Shown here piece by piece: positions 14,963-29,142 of a DNA stretch of 64,000 nt. The notes beneath the pieces were generated by a model. The model had not been told where the DNA came from. It made no database searches and saw only the letters and a list, made by a program, of their open reading frames with translations. The DNA comes from the human T2T-CHM13v2.0 reference genome, Homo sapiens. How positions within the stretch are numbered: the stretch's first letter is position 1; each line of letters starts with the position of its first letter. The stretch lies in the NCBI RefSeq assembly GCF_009914755.1, contig NC_060928.1. The stretch is one strand, 5' to 3'. The position numbers were made by a program, and so were the translations under genes.

Positions 14963-16379
14963 TAAAATAATTTAAAGTAAAAATTAAGTGAGGGGCATAG
15001 TTATAGAATCCTTAGGAGTATGAATTGTGTTTAGAATACGGGATTGGGATGTGTCCTCAAATAGAAAAAAAAAGTTAAAATACCCTCAGAGGTCCTTGAT
15101 ACTCATTCAGTTAGATAAAAATAGATGTATTTAGTGTTATGAACTGGGCATGGTCACAACAGGGAACAATAAAAACATTTATATTATCAGCAAGTTTACA
15201 GTCTAAAGGATGAGAAAGATGAAAGAGATAAATAACTTAGAATATAAATTCAAGATTGTGTAGTGGTAAATATTATGAAAAATAATAAGGATAACATACC
15301 AAAAAGTAGCAAGTAATGCTATGTTGGATATGGTACCAGGGAAGGCCTGTGTGAGCAAGGGATCTTGATAAAAATTAGTGTATGTGATGTAATAAGTCTC
15401 GTTCTTCATAAAGACTGTAATTTTGCTGTATTTTATGTGTCTCTTCTTAATTTCCAAGGCATATTAAATTTTGAAAATCATTTGTGTACTGTTTCACAAT
15501 GAAACACAAAACTATTGTATCATTTTCCTCTTCAACATATGTAGTCATTTCCCTCAGTTATTTGGATGAATGGGTATTATTCTTTAAAATAAAGGTCTAC
15601 ATTCTTCAAAACTATGCTTATATACTCTGTCTTCATCTCATTTTATGATCTTATGTTTTATAATTATTTATCTACTCAGTAAAGACAAAATCTACACTGA
15701 TTCTATCTAGATATATATTTCTACAAATACACTCATAGTCTATAAAGTAGTTATGGAAACAAAGATGTACTGTTTTAGATACAAATAAGGGATATACATA
15801 GGCATATCACACATACACATAGAGACCAATTGTTATATATTTTCTATTAAGATATTTGACCTCAGGTGTGGTCTGATATTACAGAAATATATCTTATGCT
15901 TGGAGACCTCTCAATCTATAGTTTCACCTCTAGAGAGATCAACAAGGGTTGTCTCTGAGTAGATGTGCTGATCATGCTGTCATTTCAAGTCCATGTGGTT
16001 TTTTTGTGATTAGCATCAAAGGAAAGTGAGTCGGCTTTACTTAGAGTCCTTTGTATTGTAGATCTGCAGTCACAGATTTTAAAGTTTTTTAAAGACAGCA
16101 TCATCCTTTAATATTTTTTCACTATAATAAAATCAGAGTATGTTATTTAATTAAGTATTCATACTTTTAAAAAATAAGTATTTAAAGTGATCAAAATGCA
16201 TGCAGAGTAATTGGTATATATGTTAAAGAAGCAAATGAAATGGTGATATTGTTCCAGTTCTTTAGAAGAGTGACATTTGTTTGTGGATAAGAGTCATACA
16301 ACAAGGTAAATCACGACAATAGAAGTACTAAATTAAAGTTCAAGAACAATGATGTACAAGACAGAACAAGATGGAACAA

Positions 16380-16620
16380 GTGATAAGGGAATATCACTGG
16401 TATGTACTGTGCCTACCATATCACAGGTGTAACTTTGAAAGTTTGGTGAAGAAGTGAGAACTTGATCTACAATCTTAACAGAGTTTATTGTGGGAGAAAT
16501 GGAAAGCCATGTATGGGTGTTAATCAGAGGAAATCAGACAATAGAAATGTTGTAGAAAGTAATATTATGCAGTAGCATGGAGAACAGATTGGAAGAGGGA
16601 GAGATTCTCTGATAAACCTT
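16380..16620 (-). mobile_element. L2 fragment
   Basis: Antisense L2 motifs (aatggaaagccat...gcatggagaacagattggaagaggg). Confidence 0.5.
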
Positions 16621-18029
16621 ATATTTAAGCATTATATTTAGATAGAAATTAATTTGGTGAGCAATTGTACTTTTAGGTTTAACCCAACAGAAATTGGTAT
16701 TTATAATAATACACTTATTTCCTAACAACACTATTATATTACTGTAATTCTTTTCAGTTATTTTATTTCCCAAGAGAATTCTTAATTGCATAAATTAAAT
16801 ACATTAATTAATTCCTTTCAGAAATGAGGAGAGTGCTTCAAAAATTAGATATATGATGCTAATGGAGAATAAAAGCAAATGTACAGAAGTCCACAGGGAA
16901 GGCAAATAGTCAGATAATGGAGTGAGGACAAGGTTGGCAATCTTAGCAAAAATGAAACAACAGATGGGGCATAATTTTTGTGAGTTCTCACACAGATGGT
17001 TCACCAGATGGATTCTGCCGGGTTCATACAGCTTATGTGTATTTTTCAGCTGCTTATCATGATAGGCAAGGCCACTTCTGTGCAGGCAAAATCTTTCCTT
17101 GGTTTAGGTTGTTGAAATATAACACTGCAATAAATTGGTAGTTGGTGACATAATACCAAGTATTTTTATTAACTGCTATTTATACCTAGAGGCATGCATA
17201 TAAGGTTATGTTGAAGATACTAGATTTCAGAAAGAATTTATAGGTCGTAATTTAGAAAATATTGTACTTCAGGAACTTCAGGTAGGTTAGAAGATTTAGA
17301 GACTTTAATTTTAATTTCAACTATTAACTGAGTGTATCATCTTTTGAAATTTTATTTTTAAAAATAACTTTCACTTAACACAGCAAGATGTAGGATTTAA
17401 TAAGGTTATAACTAAAAATGATTTAAATAAATTAGGAAAATGCCTCTGTAAATTTTATCTAACCTATAATTGGCATTCAACATAAAATATTGTATTTTAG
17501 TTGACATTTATACTAGTAAATACCCAGTAAATACTAGCCTACTAAGTGATAAAGCCATTATCTTTAGCACACTGCTATCATAAGTGTATATGCTTGTGTA
17601 TACTAATTTTGAAATAAATATTCAGCATCCTTCAGAACTGTTTTCATTGATTAATGGAACTCCTGAGAAGGAATATCCTTTAGATATAAGGGAAAATCAG
17701 CAACAAAACATTTAAACATTATATGTTGTCAATTAATAACCCTTCATTAAGGTATAGTTATACAAATCTGTGGCGCAAACAAAGGCTCTACTTTATTTGG
17801 AGGCTGACCTTTTTGCTGTTACAAGATGAAATTTTAATTTATGGGAATTTAAATTCTGGCAGGAGGGATTTACCCTATTGATGCTATCCTAAGGTATTGA
17901 TTTGTAACATCAAAGGAATCTGATCTGTCTTGAAACACTAAAGAGGGCTGGAAACTAGTAACTTGGGGATATTTCAGATAGAGTTCTCATTCTCTTTAAA
18001 GACATATCTATCAACAGCAGGGTGCTTAC

Positions 18030-18200
18030 ATAAAACCTATAGAGAGTTGTATTATTTCCTAAATATATTTATATAGATTATTTCATTTGAATCTTTCAAT
18101 GGTCATTTGAGGTCAGCATGGCAAACGTAATCATCTCAATTTTACAAATGAGGAAATAGAGACTTGAAAACTCTGAATAACTAACTACCTTTTTTGCACA
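18030..18200 (-). mobile_element. MIR SINE
   Basis: MIR core caattttacaaatgaggaaatagagac. Confidence 0.7.
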
Positions 18201-18754
18201 CTTAAACAGAAGAGTCCAGACTCTGGCTTACTATAATACTATCAGTAGAGGCTCTCTGAATACCTACTATGTCCTGCAGAAATATAAGTGTGCTACTCAG
18301 CTGAGTCTTGACATGAAGTACATAATGATAATAATCCTAGAGATTGTGTCTACACATAAATTAATCAAAACATGTTTAAGATTTTATTTATTCATCCAAT
18401 GATTAGTTTTGTGACTTAAATTATATACTAGAATATTTTTTTCTTACATTGAGATTTGAGGCTTCGCAGGACAGGGATAAGGCACTTACTATCAAGAAAT
18501 ATTTATATACAAGGTATATATTGCAGCATAATATAATCAGAGTTAGTGGCTAGGTGCTTTGAAAGCAAAACAAAACAAAAATAGTATCTAACCCTGTCAA
18601 AGGGAGTTAGAGTGTAGGAAAGCTAAAGTGACATCTCTGGTAATTCTGAAGAAGTTGAAACAATGTAGTCAGAAGGGAGACAACCCTTCCTGGGAGAAAG
18701 TAGCCCATGTAAAGTCAAAAGTAGCTCATGTAAAGTCAATGCATGTGAAAGTAC

Positions 18755-19101
18755 TGATACGGTTTGGCTGTGTGTCCCAACCACATCTCACCATGAATTG
18801 TAATAATCACCATCTGTCATGGGAGGGACCTAGTGGGACAATTGAATCATGCGGGTGGGTTTTTCCCATGTTGTTCTCATGACAGTAAATAAATGTCATG
18901 AGATCTGATGGTTTTATAAAGGGGAGTTCCCCTGCACAAGCTCTCTTGCTTGCTGCCATGTAAGACGTGCTTTTGCTCCTCCTTTACTTTTCCTCCGTGT
19001 TTGTGAGGTCTCCTCAGAAATGTGAAACTCTGAGCCTATTAAACCTCTTTGTCTTTATAAATTAGCCAGTCTTGGGTATGTCTTTATTAGCAGTGTGAGA
19101 C
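18755..19101 (+). mobile_element. THE1 solo LTR (ERVL-MaLR), last ~13 bp missing
   Basis: Starts tgatacggtttggctgtg; contains gagatctgatggttttataaaggggagttcccctgcac and attaaacctct. Confidence 0.92.
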
Positions 19102-19730
19102 TTGGGAGATTTGAAAAGAGGTAAACCTGGTAAAGTTTGGTCATTTAAATGATAATTTAAGACTACTTCCAGAGGATAGATTTGGACTTTCTGCAAAAAT
19201 ACAATGTAAGGAAATAATAAAAACTAGGGTAAAAGAAGTAAGAGTGAAAAATACCAATAGAAATACTGAGATGTTGGGATTGCAAGGATTTAATAATTGA
19301 TTGCAATTGGAAAGGCAAAAATGAAGGGTTAAAAAAAGATACCCTGGACTCTTATATTTCTAACTTGAACCATTGGAAGGATAATGGTATATTTAGTTGC
19401 AATAAATAGAGAAGAATGACTGAATTTGATTGTTGGTTATGTATTAAGATGAAGAGGGGGATAGAAATGCAGTAAGATAGAGATTTAATGTTGTTTCTAA
19501 CAGGTTAAGTTAGAATTTGCTGAGGAATATCCCAGCAGAGATATTTAGAAGGTGTTTAGTTATGCTGGTATAGTGGTTTAGGTACAGATTTATTAGAAAG
19601 CACCATAATTCAGATATTCAGGTGTTCAAGACTTGGTCTTGAATAGCATTCCCCAGGAAGAAGTATACAAAGTAAGAATTAAAGACAATGAAAGTAAGAT
19701 GCAAGAAAAGAATGAGAAGTCTCTAAAGTA
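19102..19730 (-). mobile_element. L2 fragment
   Basis: Purine-rich antisense L2 pattern (gcaaggatttaataattgattg...ttggaaggataatggtat). Edges approximate. Confidence 0.55.
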
Positions 19731-20859
19731 GTTATGTTTCCAGCTATTATATGTTCCTTTATGTAATTATTTTTTCTTCTTCTTTGCCGTAAGGAACAAA
19801 GGGTGTGAATTCCAAGTTTATCTTTTTATAGTTTCTTTATCCTTGTATGTTTAGTGCCTATAAAAGGGTCTGAAACATGGAAATTAGTAAACATCATTTT
19901 ATTGCATGAAAGAATGAATGGCATTTCAACAACATTCAGGAAAGTCTGTAGAGGGAGAAAAAAAGAAGATTAAAGACATTGCAAAGACTGGGGAATAATA
20001 AACTAAAATATATTCTCAGCCACCTTATCAAATTATAACCTTAAAAAATATGAACAATTGAATTGACACATTCTGGTTAATATCTGTTTATCCCCTCTGG
20101 AAACTAAAATTTTATACTTTTGTAAGAACAGAATAGAAAAAATATATAAAAACATAAATCTAGCTAGAAAAAAATGATTCATTCATCATTCAGTAATCTT
20201 AATTTTCTGAATAAACATTTATATACCTAATATCAAATTTAAACCACAACTCAAGCACAGATTTCGTGGCTTGTTCAACATGCTGGCTGTGTAAAAAATT
20301 TATCTGTATCACAAAAATTGAATCATTAAGTAAATAGAAATATATTAAAGGCAGCAGTTCTACAATATTTTCTTCTATGTACGTGTAGGTGCTGTTTCCA
20401 TTTTCTTATGCTGTAAATGAGCAATCGCTGTATAATCAATCCATTTGACTTTAAGGTATTTATATTTCTGAATAACATTATTTTGGTCATATCAACCAGA
20501 GTTTTCATTACATTGATATAACCTAAATCATAAATCCATCTGCCATTGTGACAAATTGTTTGATGGTTTAAGTTTTCACTCTGAAATAAGTTTACAAATG
20601 TTTTTATCAACTAAAAACGTAGCATTGAGGGTATTATCACAAGTTTCTCTATTTTATTTCTTGCAAATACCATGCCTTAATGTAAAAGTTGCATGTATGT
20701 AAATATGTATTTATATATTCTGTGTAATAAACAGACTGCTTGAATTATGCACCAATACTTGCTGTCTTGAATTTGTTTACAAAGAAAATTATCCTTCTAG
20801 ACTGTAATCTCTTTAGGAAAAAAATATTTTAGTCTGCACTTCACTGTGACTCTTACCCA

Positions 20860-21490
20860 ATGCTATCTGTATACTGCTTGCTGCCAAAGAGTTTTCTTTT
20901 TATAAATGTAATTCAGAGTTTTTGACTTCCCTACTTGAAACTTCACTGGTTCTATAAATGACTAAAGGATAAACCTAAACTCCTTAGTGTATCCTATAAG
21001 TTTCTCCGTAATTGGGCTCCTGCCTAAGCTCTGGATTTATCTCTTGTTTTCTCCCTGGCTGTTTCTTGCCTCAGTGCTTTTGATCATGTTGATCCCATGG
21101 CTTGCAATGTTCTCTCATCAGTCCATACTCCCCTTTCTCCTGCAGGTCTGCTTGCTTTAAAAATTAATCTCATGTCTTTTCCTAAGGAAAGTGCATTCTG
21201 TCTTGCCTCATCCATGTGAAAACAACTTCAGGGTCTGAGTTTTTGCCCTCACCATACTGGATTCAAATCTTTACCCCACTACCCTTCATGCTTGGTATTT
21301 CATATTCTCCCCCACTGCTTTCATCCTTGTCTATACCTATATGTATATCTGTAACTATACCTGTATCTATATATCAATCTATATCTTAGGTGGTCATTTA
21401 CAACCTAGAACTGGGTTTTATTATCTCAGAAACTAATGGCATATTTGGTTCATGACATGGATTTAATAAATATTTCTACTTAAATGAAAT
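20860..21490 (+). mobile_element. L2 3' fragment
   Basis: ggataaacctaaactccttag...ttaataaatatttctacttaaatgaa. Confidence 0.55.
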
Positions 21491-21875
21491 ATTTAAGTAG
21501 AATATTTAAGTATTTAAGAATACTTAATGAAATATTAATGAATATAAACACTATCATGTCAATGTGAAAAGAACAGAAGAGAGTAATAGGCAGGCAGATA
21601 TCAAATCAGTAGCATTTAGAAAATAAACAAAGGGCACTGGGGTCAGGACATCTTGTTAGTTCTAACTTTGAAATATATTTGAAATCTGACTACTTTTGAG
21701 CATTCACCTCCACAGTTATAGCCTTAGTCAGAGCTACAATCCTCTGTTGCTTGCTTCTTGCAAAAGTCTCCAAACTGGCTTCCCCAACTATGACTCTTGA
21801 CTCTCACATTCTACTTTAACATAATAGCCCCCCCAAAAATTTAAATGTAAATCAGATAATTTTATTCATTTGTCC

Positions 21876-22290
21876 TGCTCTGGTTTGAATGTGGCACCCC
21901 AAATTCATGTGTTGGTAATGTAATCCCTAATGCAACCGTGTGGGGAAGTGAGGCCTTTTTGGAAGCTGTTTAAGTCATCAGGACTCCACCCTCAGGAAGG
22001 AGTTAATGCTGACATAATTAATGCTGATATAAAAAGGGATTAGAGAGTGGGTTCTCTCTCCTTTGCTTTTCTGCCACGGGAGGACACAAGAGTTCCTCCC
22101 CTCTGGAAAATACAGCATTCAAAGTGCCATCTTGGAAGCAAGACTGGACGTTTACTAGACAACAAACCTGCAGATGCCTGAATCTAGGACTATGCATCCT
22201 CCAGAATTGTAAGAAATGCATTTCTGTTTTTTATAAATTATCCAGTTTCAGGTATTTTGTTACAGCAGCACAAACTGATTTGTGTAGACA
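21876..22290 (+). mobile_element. MSTC/MSTD-type solo LTR (ERVL-MaLR) inserted in L2
   Basis: tgctctggtttgaatgt start; gccatcttggaagca; ataaattatccagtttcaggtattttgttacagcagcac end. Confidence 0.85.
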
Positions 22291-22577
22291 TGCTGTAACA
22301 TCTTGCCCTACTCATCCTGAGTAAACACTGAAATCATTGCTCACAAAGTCTTTTATAATCTGAAATAATACCTTTCAGCTCTCTCTCTCATTAACTTTGC
22401 TCCAGCCACACTGGCATTCTTGTTGCTTCTGCATCTTGCTAGGCACATTTATTTTTATAAAGGCCTTTTAATCTAAGGATTTCGTTACCATAATATGCTT
22501 TTTTGTCAAGTGTCTGCTTGAAAAAACTCATACCCTCTTCAAATCTTTGCTCACACTTCAGCTTTTTAATTCAGTCT

Positions 22578-22937
22578 TGTCTTTATTTCGGTGGCTGTAA
22601 CACAAATACCATAGATTAGATTGATTAAAAATGAGCATTTACTTATCACTGTTCTGGAGGCTGGGGAGTCTCAGATCAAGGTATCCACAGATTCCTTCTC
22701 TGGTGAGGGCCTGATTCCTGGTTCACAGATGGATGTCTTCTCACTGTGTCCTCACATGGCAGAAGGGGCCAGAGAGCTCCCTTGGGTCATTTTAAAAATT
22801 AAGGTACTAATCCTATTCCTGTCAGATCCAGAATATAACCTAATCATCTCTTAAAAGCCTACTCCTAATACCTTCAACTTGGGGCTTAAAATTTCAATAT
22901 ATAAACTTTGGGGGAACACAACATTCAGTCACTAAAA
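22578..22937 (-). mobile_element. MLT1A-type solo LTR
   Basis: gttctggaggctggg, tggtgagggcc, tgtcctcacatggcagaagggg, tttgggggaacacaacattcagtc. Confidence 0.85.
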
Positions 22938-23144
22938 AGCCATTTTGATGAACTTTTTTAATGATGTGATATCCCACTCATCCTTACCCTACCTCCCAGG
23001 CTACCTCTACTTCCCCATGCATTGGTGACTATGAAAATGTACTGCTCATATATCCTGCAGATTACCATGTTAATTGACTAATGGTTCATTTATTTCGCTT
23101 CTGGATCAACTCCTAAAAATACCTCCATCCTCTTGTTTTCTATG

Positions 23145-25481
23145 TGATATTGTTTGGCTCTATGCCCCCATCAAAATCTCATCTGTAGCTCCCATAATTT
23201 CCATGTGTTGAGGGAGAAACCCATTAGGAGATGATGGAATCATGGGAGCAGGCCTTTCCTGTGCTGCTCTCATGATAGCGAATGGGTTTCACAATATTTG
23301 ATGGTTTTAAAAAACATCTGCACAAGCTCTCACTTTGTCTGCCAACATTCATGTAAGATTTAACTTGCACCCTTGCCTTCCACCATGATTGTGAGGCCTC
23401 CCCAGCCACGTGGAACTGTGAGTCCAGTTAAAAGATCTTTCTTTTGTAAATTGCCCAGTCTTGGGTTTGTCTTCATCAGCAGCATGAAAACAGACGATTA
23501 CAGTAATTTGGTACCAGTAGAGTAGGGCACTTCTGAAAAGATACATGAAAATGTGGAAGTGACTTTGGAACTGAGTAACAGGCAGAGGTTGGAACAGTTT
23601 GAAAGGCCCAGAAAAAGACAGGAAAATGTGGGAAAGTTTGAAACTTCCTAGAGACTTGTTGAATGGCTTTGCCAAAAATCCTGATAGTGATATGGACAAT
23701 AAAGTCCAGTCTGAGGGGGTCTCAGGTAGAAATGAGGAACTCACTGGGAACTGGATCAAAGGTGACTCTTGTTATGTTTTCGCAAAGAGACTGGCAGCAT
23801 TTTTCTTCTGCCCTAGAGATTTGTGGAACTTTGAATTTGAGAGAGATGATTGAGAGTACCTGCTGGAAGAAATTTCTAAGCAGCAAAACATTCAAGAGGT
23901 AACTTGGGTGCTGTTAAAAGCATTTTGTTTTAAAAGGGAAACAGAGCATAAAAGTTCAGAAAATTTGCAGCCTGATGATGCAGTAGAAAACAAACAAACA
24001 AACAAAAAACACTTTCTGAGTAGAAATTTAAGCAGGCTGCAGAAATTTGCATAAGTAACAATGAGCTGAATGTTAATCCCCAAGACAATGGAGAAAATGT
24101 CTCCAGAGAATGGCAGAGATCTTTGTGGCAGCTACTCCCATCACAGGTCTGGAGGCCTAGGAGGAAAAAGTGGTTTCATGGGCCAGGCCCAGGTTCTCTG
24201 TGATGTGTGCAGCCTAAAGACTTGGTGCCCTGTGTTCTACCTACTCCAGCCATGGCTGAATGGGGCCAATGTAGAGCTCAGGCTGTGGCTTCAGAGGGTG
24301 CAAGCCTCAATCCTTAGCAGCTTCCATGTGGTATTGAGCCCAAGAGTGCAAAGAAGTCAAGAATTGACGTTTGGGAACCCCTGCCCAGATTTCAGAAGAT
24401 TTGTAGAAATGCCTGTGTGCCCAGGCAGAAGTTTGCTCTAGGGGTGGGGGCCTCATGGAGAACCTCTGCTATGTCAGTACAGAAGGGAAATGCAGGGTCA
24501 GAACCCCCACACAGAGTCCCTACTGGGGCACTGCCTAGTGGAGCTGTGAGAAGAGGGCCACCATCCTCCAGAACCTGGAATGGTAGATCCACTGACAGCT
24601 TGCACCATGTGCCTGGAAAAGCTGCTGACACTCAATGCCAGCCTGTGAAGCAGCTGGGAAGGAGGCTGTACACTGCAGAGACACAGGGATAGATCTGTTC
24701 TAGACTTTGGGAACCCAGCTCTTGCATCAGTGTTATCTGGATGTGAGACATGGAGTCAAAAGAGATCATTTTGGAGGTTTCAGATTTGACTGTCCTGCTG
24801 GAATTCGGACTTGTATGGGGCCTGTATCCCCTTTGTTTTGGCCAATTTCTCCCGCATGGAATGGCTGTACTTAACCAATGCCTATGTGTCCATTGTACCT
24901 AGGAAGTAACTAACTTGCTTTTGATTTTACAGGCTCATGGATGGAAGAGACTTGCCTTGTCATGGAAGAGACATTGGACTGTGGACTTTTGAGTTAATGC
25001 TGAAATGAGTTGAGACTTTGGGGGAACTGTTGGGAAGGCATGATTCGTTTTCAAATGTGCAGATAGGAGATTTTCAAGGGGCCAGGGGCAGAATGATATG
25101 GTTTGGCTCTTTATCCCTATCCAAACCTCATCTTGTAGCTCCCATAATTCCCATGTATTGTGGGAGGGACATAGTGGGAGATGATTAAATCATGGGAACA
25201 GGTCTTTCCTGTTCTGCTCTGGTAATAGTGAATGGGTCTAACAAGATCTGATGGTTTTTAAAACAGGAGTTTCTCTGCACAAGCTTTCTCTTTTCCTGTT
25301 ACCATCCATGTAAGAGGCAAGTTGCTTCTCTTTGCCTTCCACCATGATTTTGAGGCCTCCTCAGGCATGTGGAACTGTAAGTCCATTAAACCTCTTTTTC
25401 TGTATAAATTACCCTTTATACAGCAGCATGAGAACAGACTAATAGATATCTTTATCAGCAGCATGAGAACAGACTAATAGA
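23145..25481 (+). mobile_element. Full-length THE1 (THE1B-like) MaLR: 5'LTR 23145-23502, internal 23503-25093, 3'LTR 25094-25481
   Basis: Two TGATAT-starting LTRs. The internal region starts gtaatttggtaccag and ends ccaggggcagaa; THE1-int-type peptides appear in the ORF track. Confidence 0.97.
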
Positions 25482-25830
25482 ATGTGTTTCCCATAAACTG
25501 CACCAAGCCATTGGGTAAGCATAATTGGGGGTTTAATGGAGTCCCATTCCTCCAATGCATAGGGCTCCTTTAATGGGAGATTTTGCCTCAAAGATTTTCC
25601 ATCAGACTATCCAAACATTTCTTAGAACTATGTGGCAGTCAAGACTCTTCCTACCCAATTCTCCTTCCTCCCCCTTTTCCTTTGCTAGAGTCATAACTTC
25701 ATCACATTTTGAAGGCTCTTCCTGCTTTCTCTAGCTTCCTTCTCATTCTCCTTCTTAGAATATATCTCCAATAAATTTCTTGCACCTGTATTCCTGACTT
25801 GGCATCTGCTTCTTGGAGGACCCCAACACA
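25482..25830 (+). mobile_element. LTR16-family (ERVL) LTR, 3' part; 5' part probably at ~23030-23144, split by THE1
   Basis: LTR16-like end ccaataaatttcttgcac...cttggcatctgcttcttggaggacccc. Confidence 0.65.
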
Positions 25831-25856
25831 TATCTTGCTATACTTTTTCTTTTCCC

Positions 25857-26400
25857 TATGGCACTAATTTGTGCCCAGGTATTAATTTATAAAGGTGACT
25901 GAGGGAAGACATGGAGTGATCATTACCATTGAAAAAATGATTTTTATTACATACAGTTCCCCAGATGTGGGAGTAAGCTACACCATGCATGTTACAGGAT
26001 GAAATACAAGGCTCAGTCAGGAGGCAAGAGGAGTCAGTGAAAAGCTTGGCCAAGAGCTTTATTGTGTTTTCAGCAAAAAAGGTAAAGCAGAGCAGGAGAA
26101 ACAGCTTAGGATTAGCTAGTTTGAATAATGTCAGCGGGCTCTGGGATATGGGGTGATCAATAGTCATCTGGTACCTGGCACAGAATGATTTAGGGTGAGG
26201 GAAATATTGGCTTAGTGAAAGTTATATAAATGTTTATGGATATAGACTTTTGGGATTGTTGGAGGTTTTGTAATATGATTTTTGTGTTCCCAAAAAGGCT
26301 GAATCACAGGGGAGATGAAAACAACTTTGAGTGTTATTTTGGCCCCATGATTAATGGATGCCAAACAGACAAATACAGAATCTTTAAAAACACAGGACAA
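25857..26400 (-). mobile_element. ERVL LTR of the MER74/MER73/LTR53 group
   Basis: Block ttaggattagctagtttgaataatgtcagcgggctctggg...tctggtacctggc. Confidence 0.65.
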
Positions 26401-26419
26401 GTACACGCTACATTTTATC

Positions 26420-26636
26420 CTAGGTTGGCAAGCTACAGTCCATGGGTCAAATCCAGCTGTTCATCTGTTTTGCAAATGAGGTTTCACTGGAACACAGCCA
26501 TGCTAATCTGTTCATGTATTGTCTATGGCTACTTTCACTACAATGGCAGAGTTCAGTACCTTCAACAGAGACTTAATGGCCTAAAGAGCCTAAAATATTT
26601 CTTATCTGTCACTCAGCAAAAATTGCTAACACCTGT
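26420..26636 (+). mobile_element. MER58A hAT-Charlie MITE
   Basis: ggtcaaatccagc, tggaacacagccatgc, tattgtctatggctactttc, aagcctaaaatattt-like end. Confidence 0.85.
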
Positions 26637-26899
26637 CCTAGCCTACCGTATCATTTAATATATTTAATATTTTAAATGATATTTATAATTTATAAATATT
26701 GATAAAAAATATTAATACATTTAATGTTCATTGTTTGTTGTCTGATTTTCCCCAATTGAATGTAAGCTGTGCTGCTGTATGACAGATATATTGTTTTGTT
26801 TTTTTCACTAATACATGTCAGAAATCCATATTGGTACTTGGCACTTAATAGGAATGGAATCAATATTTACTGGTGAATAAATGAAATTAAAAAAACTAA

Positions 26900-27080
26900 A
26901 TCTGAACTCTTTATATAGAAATTATGTTCTGTGAACAAGTCTCCTAGCCATTACAAATATCAGTTTTCTCATATAATAATAGGGCTTTGCACATACAGTT
27001 AGTTTAGGAAACGAATGATATGGAAAAAGAAAAAAGGTAATGCATTCATGTATATGGTGAGCATTGAATAAATGTCAGAT
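26900..27080 (+). mobile_element. MIR SINE
   Basis: tcagttttctcatataataatagg...gcattgaataaatgtcag. Confidence 0.55.
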
Positions 27081-27870
27081 ATTTATTACATAAGAGAAAG
27101 TACTAAGTTTCATTTTTCTGTCTAGTGGTAAAAATCTCAGCTTACTAAGTGTTAATCCATGTGTGTACACTAGTGACTTGTTTTAAAAAAATGTATAGGT
27201 TTTATCTAAAGCAGGGTTAATATTTTTTATCTTTCCCACTGGGTATTGAAAAGACAGATGAGATTATATTTATAAGAGTACAAAATGTTGAAGGATAAAA
27301 AATGCAATATGAATTTAGATCATTTTTATTCTTTTAAATTCAAATAAAAATCAAGTAAGAAGATAACAATCTCCTTGTGTTTTACTGTTCATATGTAAGG
27401 TGTTATAAGAATAATTGGATTTGGCATATTTGGTGAAGCAGTTGAGCCATTTATAAGCTTTACAATGATATTTGAATTTTTTTTTAAAGTCGTAGAAGCT
27501 AGGCTTCTATTTATATTTCTGGGAGTTTCAATCTCCATTAGCAGATATATCAGATCTTCTATAGATAAAACAACTCAGTTTAAGCAGATTTGGGAAAAGG
27601 GCATTTTTTTTCCCACAATACCCACAAAAGTCTTAGGAAGCTAAAATTGTGTATCTGGTGTTTGTGTTCGGATTAGTACAATTTCTTTCTCTTCTTGTTC
27701 ATTTCTACTTCTTGTCACTACATTTTGCATCTCTTGCACTTCAGCCATCCTTCTGATACTGTATTTGTCAAATTCATGAATTAGATTCTGGACCCCATGT
27801 TGAATGATAATTCTCAATTCCTACTTTACTTCATCTCTCAGAAGCATGTAAAATGGATAATCATTACCAA

Positions 27871-28166
27871 TTTTTTATTTTTTATTTTTGAGATGGAGTC
27901 TCTCTCGTCACCCAGTCTGTAGTGCAATGGCACTATCAGCTCACTGCAACCTCTGCCTCCCGTGTTCAAGAGATTTTCCTGCCTCAGACTGCAGAGTAGC
28001 TGGGATTACAGGCACCTGCCACCACACCTGGCTAATTTTTGTATTTTTAGTAGAGAAGGGGTTGCACAACATTGGCCAGGCTGGTCTTGAACTCCTGATC
28101 TCATGATTCACCTGCCTTGGCCTCCCAAAATGCTGGGATTACAGGCATGAGACACTGCCCCTGGCC
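27871..28166 (-). mobile_element. Full-length AluS inserted in an L2 fragment
   Basis: Alu dimer; TSD tacca(a)ttttt at 27865 and 28167. Confidence 0.95.
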
Positions 28167-29142
28167 TACCATTTTTACCTTCACATTTGAAATCATACCC
28201 TCTCTGTTTTAGTCTTATTTCCCTGGATACTGATTCTCTTTCTTCCTAAGTGCTGTCCTCTCTCTGCCCACCTCACAGGGTCCAGCACACCCTCTTTCTT
28301 CTTGTTTTAAACCCTCTCCTTTTGGTGTGTTCCTGTGACTTTAGTCAACATTCATGTTCTGATGACTTTCAAAATCTCTTGTTCCATTTGAGATCTATTT
28401 TCTGAGCTCCAAGCACTTATTTAAACATTCATGTAGAAAAAGATGAGCATTTGCACCTGAAACTCAACCTTTCTAAATTGAGATAAGGTTTTCACTCAAG
28501 GAAATTTCTTAATATTCCTATATTTTTGTCTTAGTAAATGAGATGATTTACCTCTCATTTTTAAGGCAAGCAATTTGGAAGTCATCTTAGATAACTCTTT
28601 CTTACTATATAAAATGTACACTTTTAAAATAAATGAATAAAAGAATAAAATGAACACTTTTTAAAGCTGTCTACTTCTCTCCCTCTCCATTGCTACTTTT
28701 CTACTCCATACATCATTGTCTTTTTCATGGATTATTAAAATACTCTTTGTTATCACAGAAGCCAGGCTAATTCTCTTTCATGTACAGAGATGTAGAATAA
28801 TTTGTGGCAGACATCTGGTAAATATTCTAATCATTCACCCTTAAAATATCTCTGTTTGTGTTATCTAACAAATCCCCATATATTATTATTCTGCTTTAGA
28901 TTTGATTTAGGTTTTTATTTATATATAGCTTAAATTTAGTTTGTTTTTTAGAATTAGAATATATTTTATTAGATATTAACTCTAATTAAGATTTAGATTA
29001 CATGTAGTGTCAGATATAGATTTCATATTGCTTTTTCTAATTACTGCTAATAGGAAGGTTGAAAATCTTCTTAAATATTTATTTGTTTGTGTATCTACTT
29101 CTGATAAATGCCTGTTTAAATTCTTTCTCCAAGTATCTATTG

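Noticed and set aside
18697-18739. Short tandem doublets (also ~222-258, 992-1032, 22004-22032) as CRISPR-like or functional arrays
   Set aside because: They are two-copy slippage duplications without spacers, in eukaryotic DNA.
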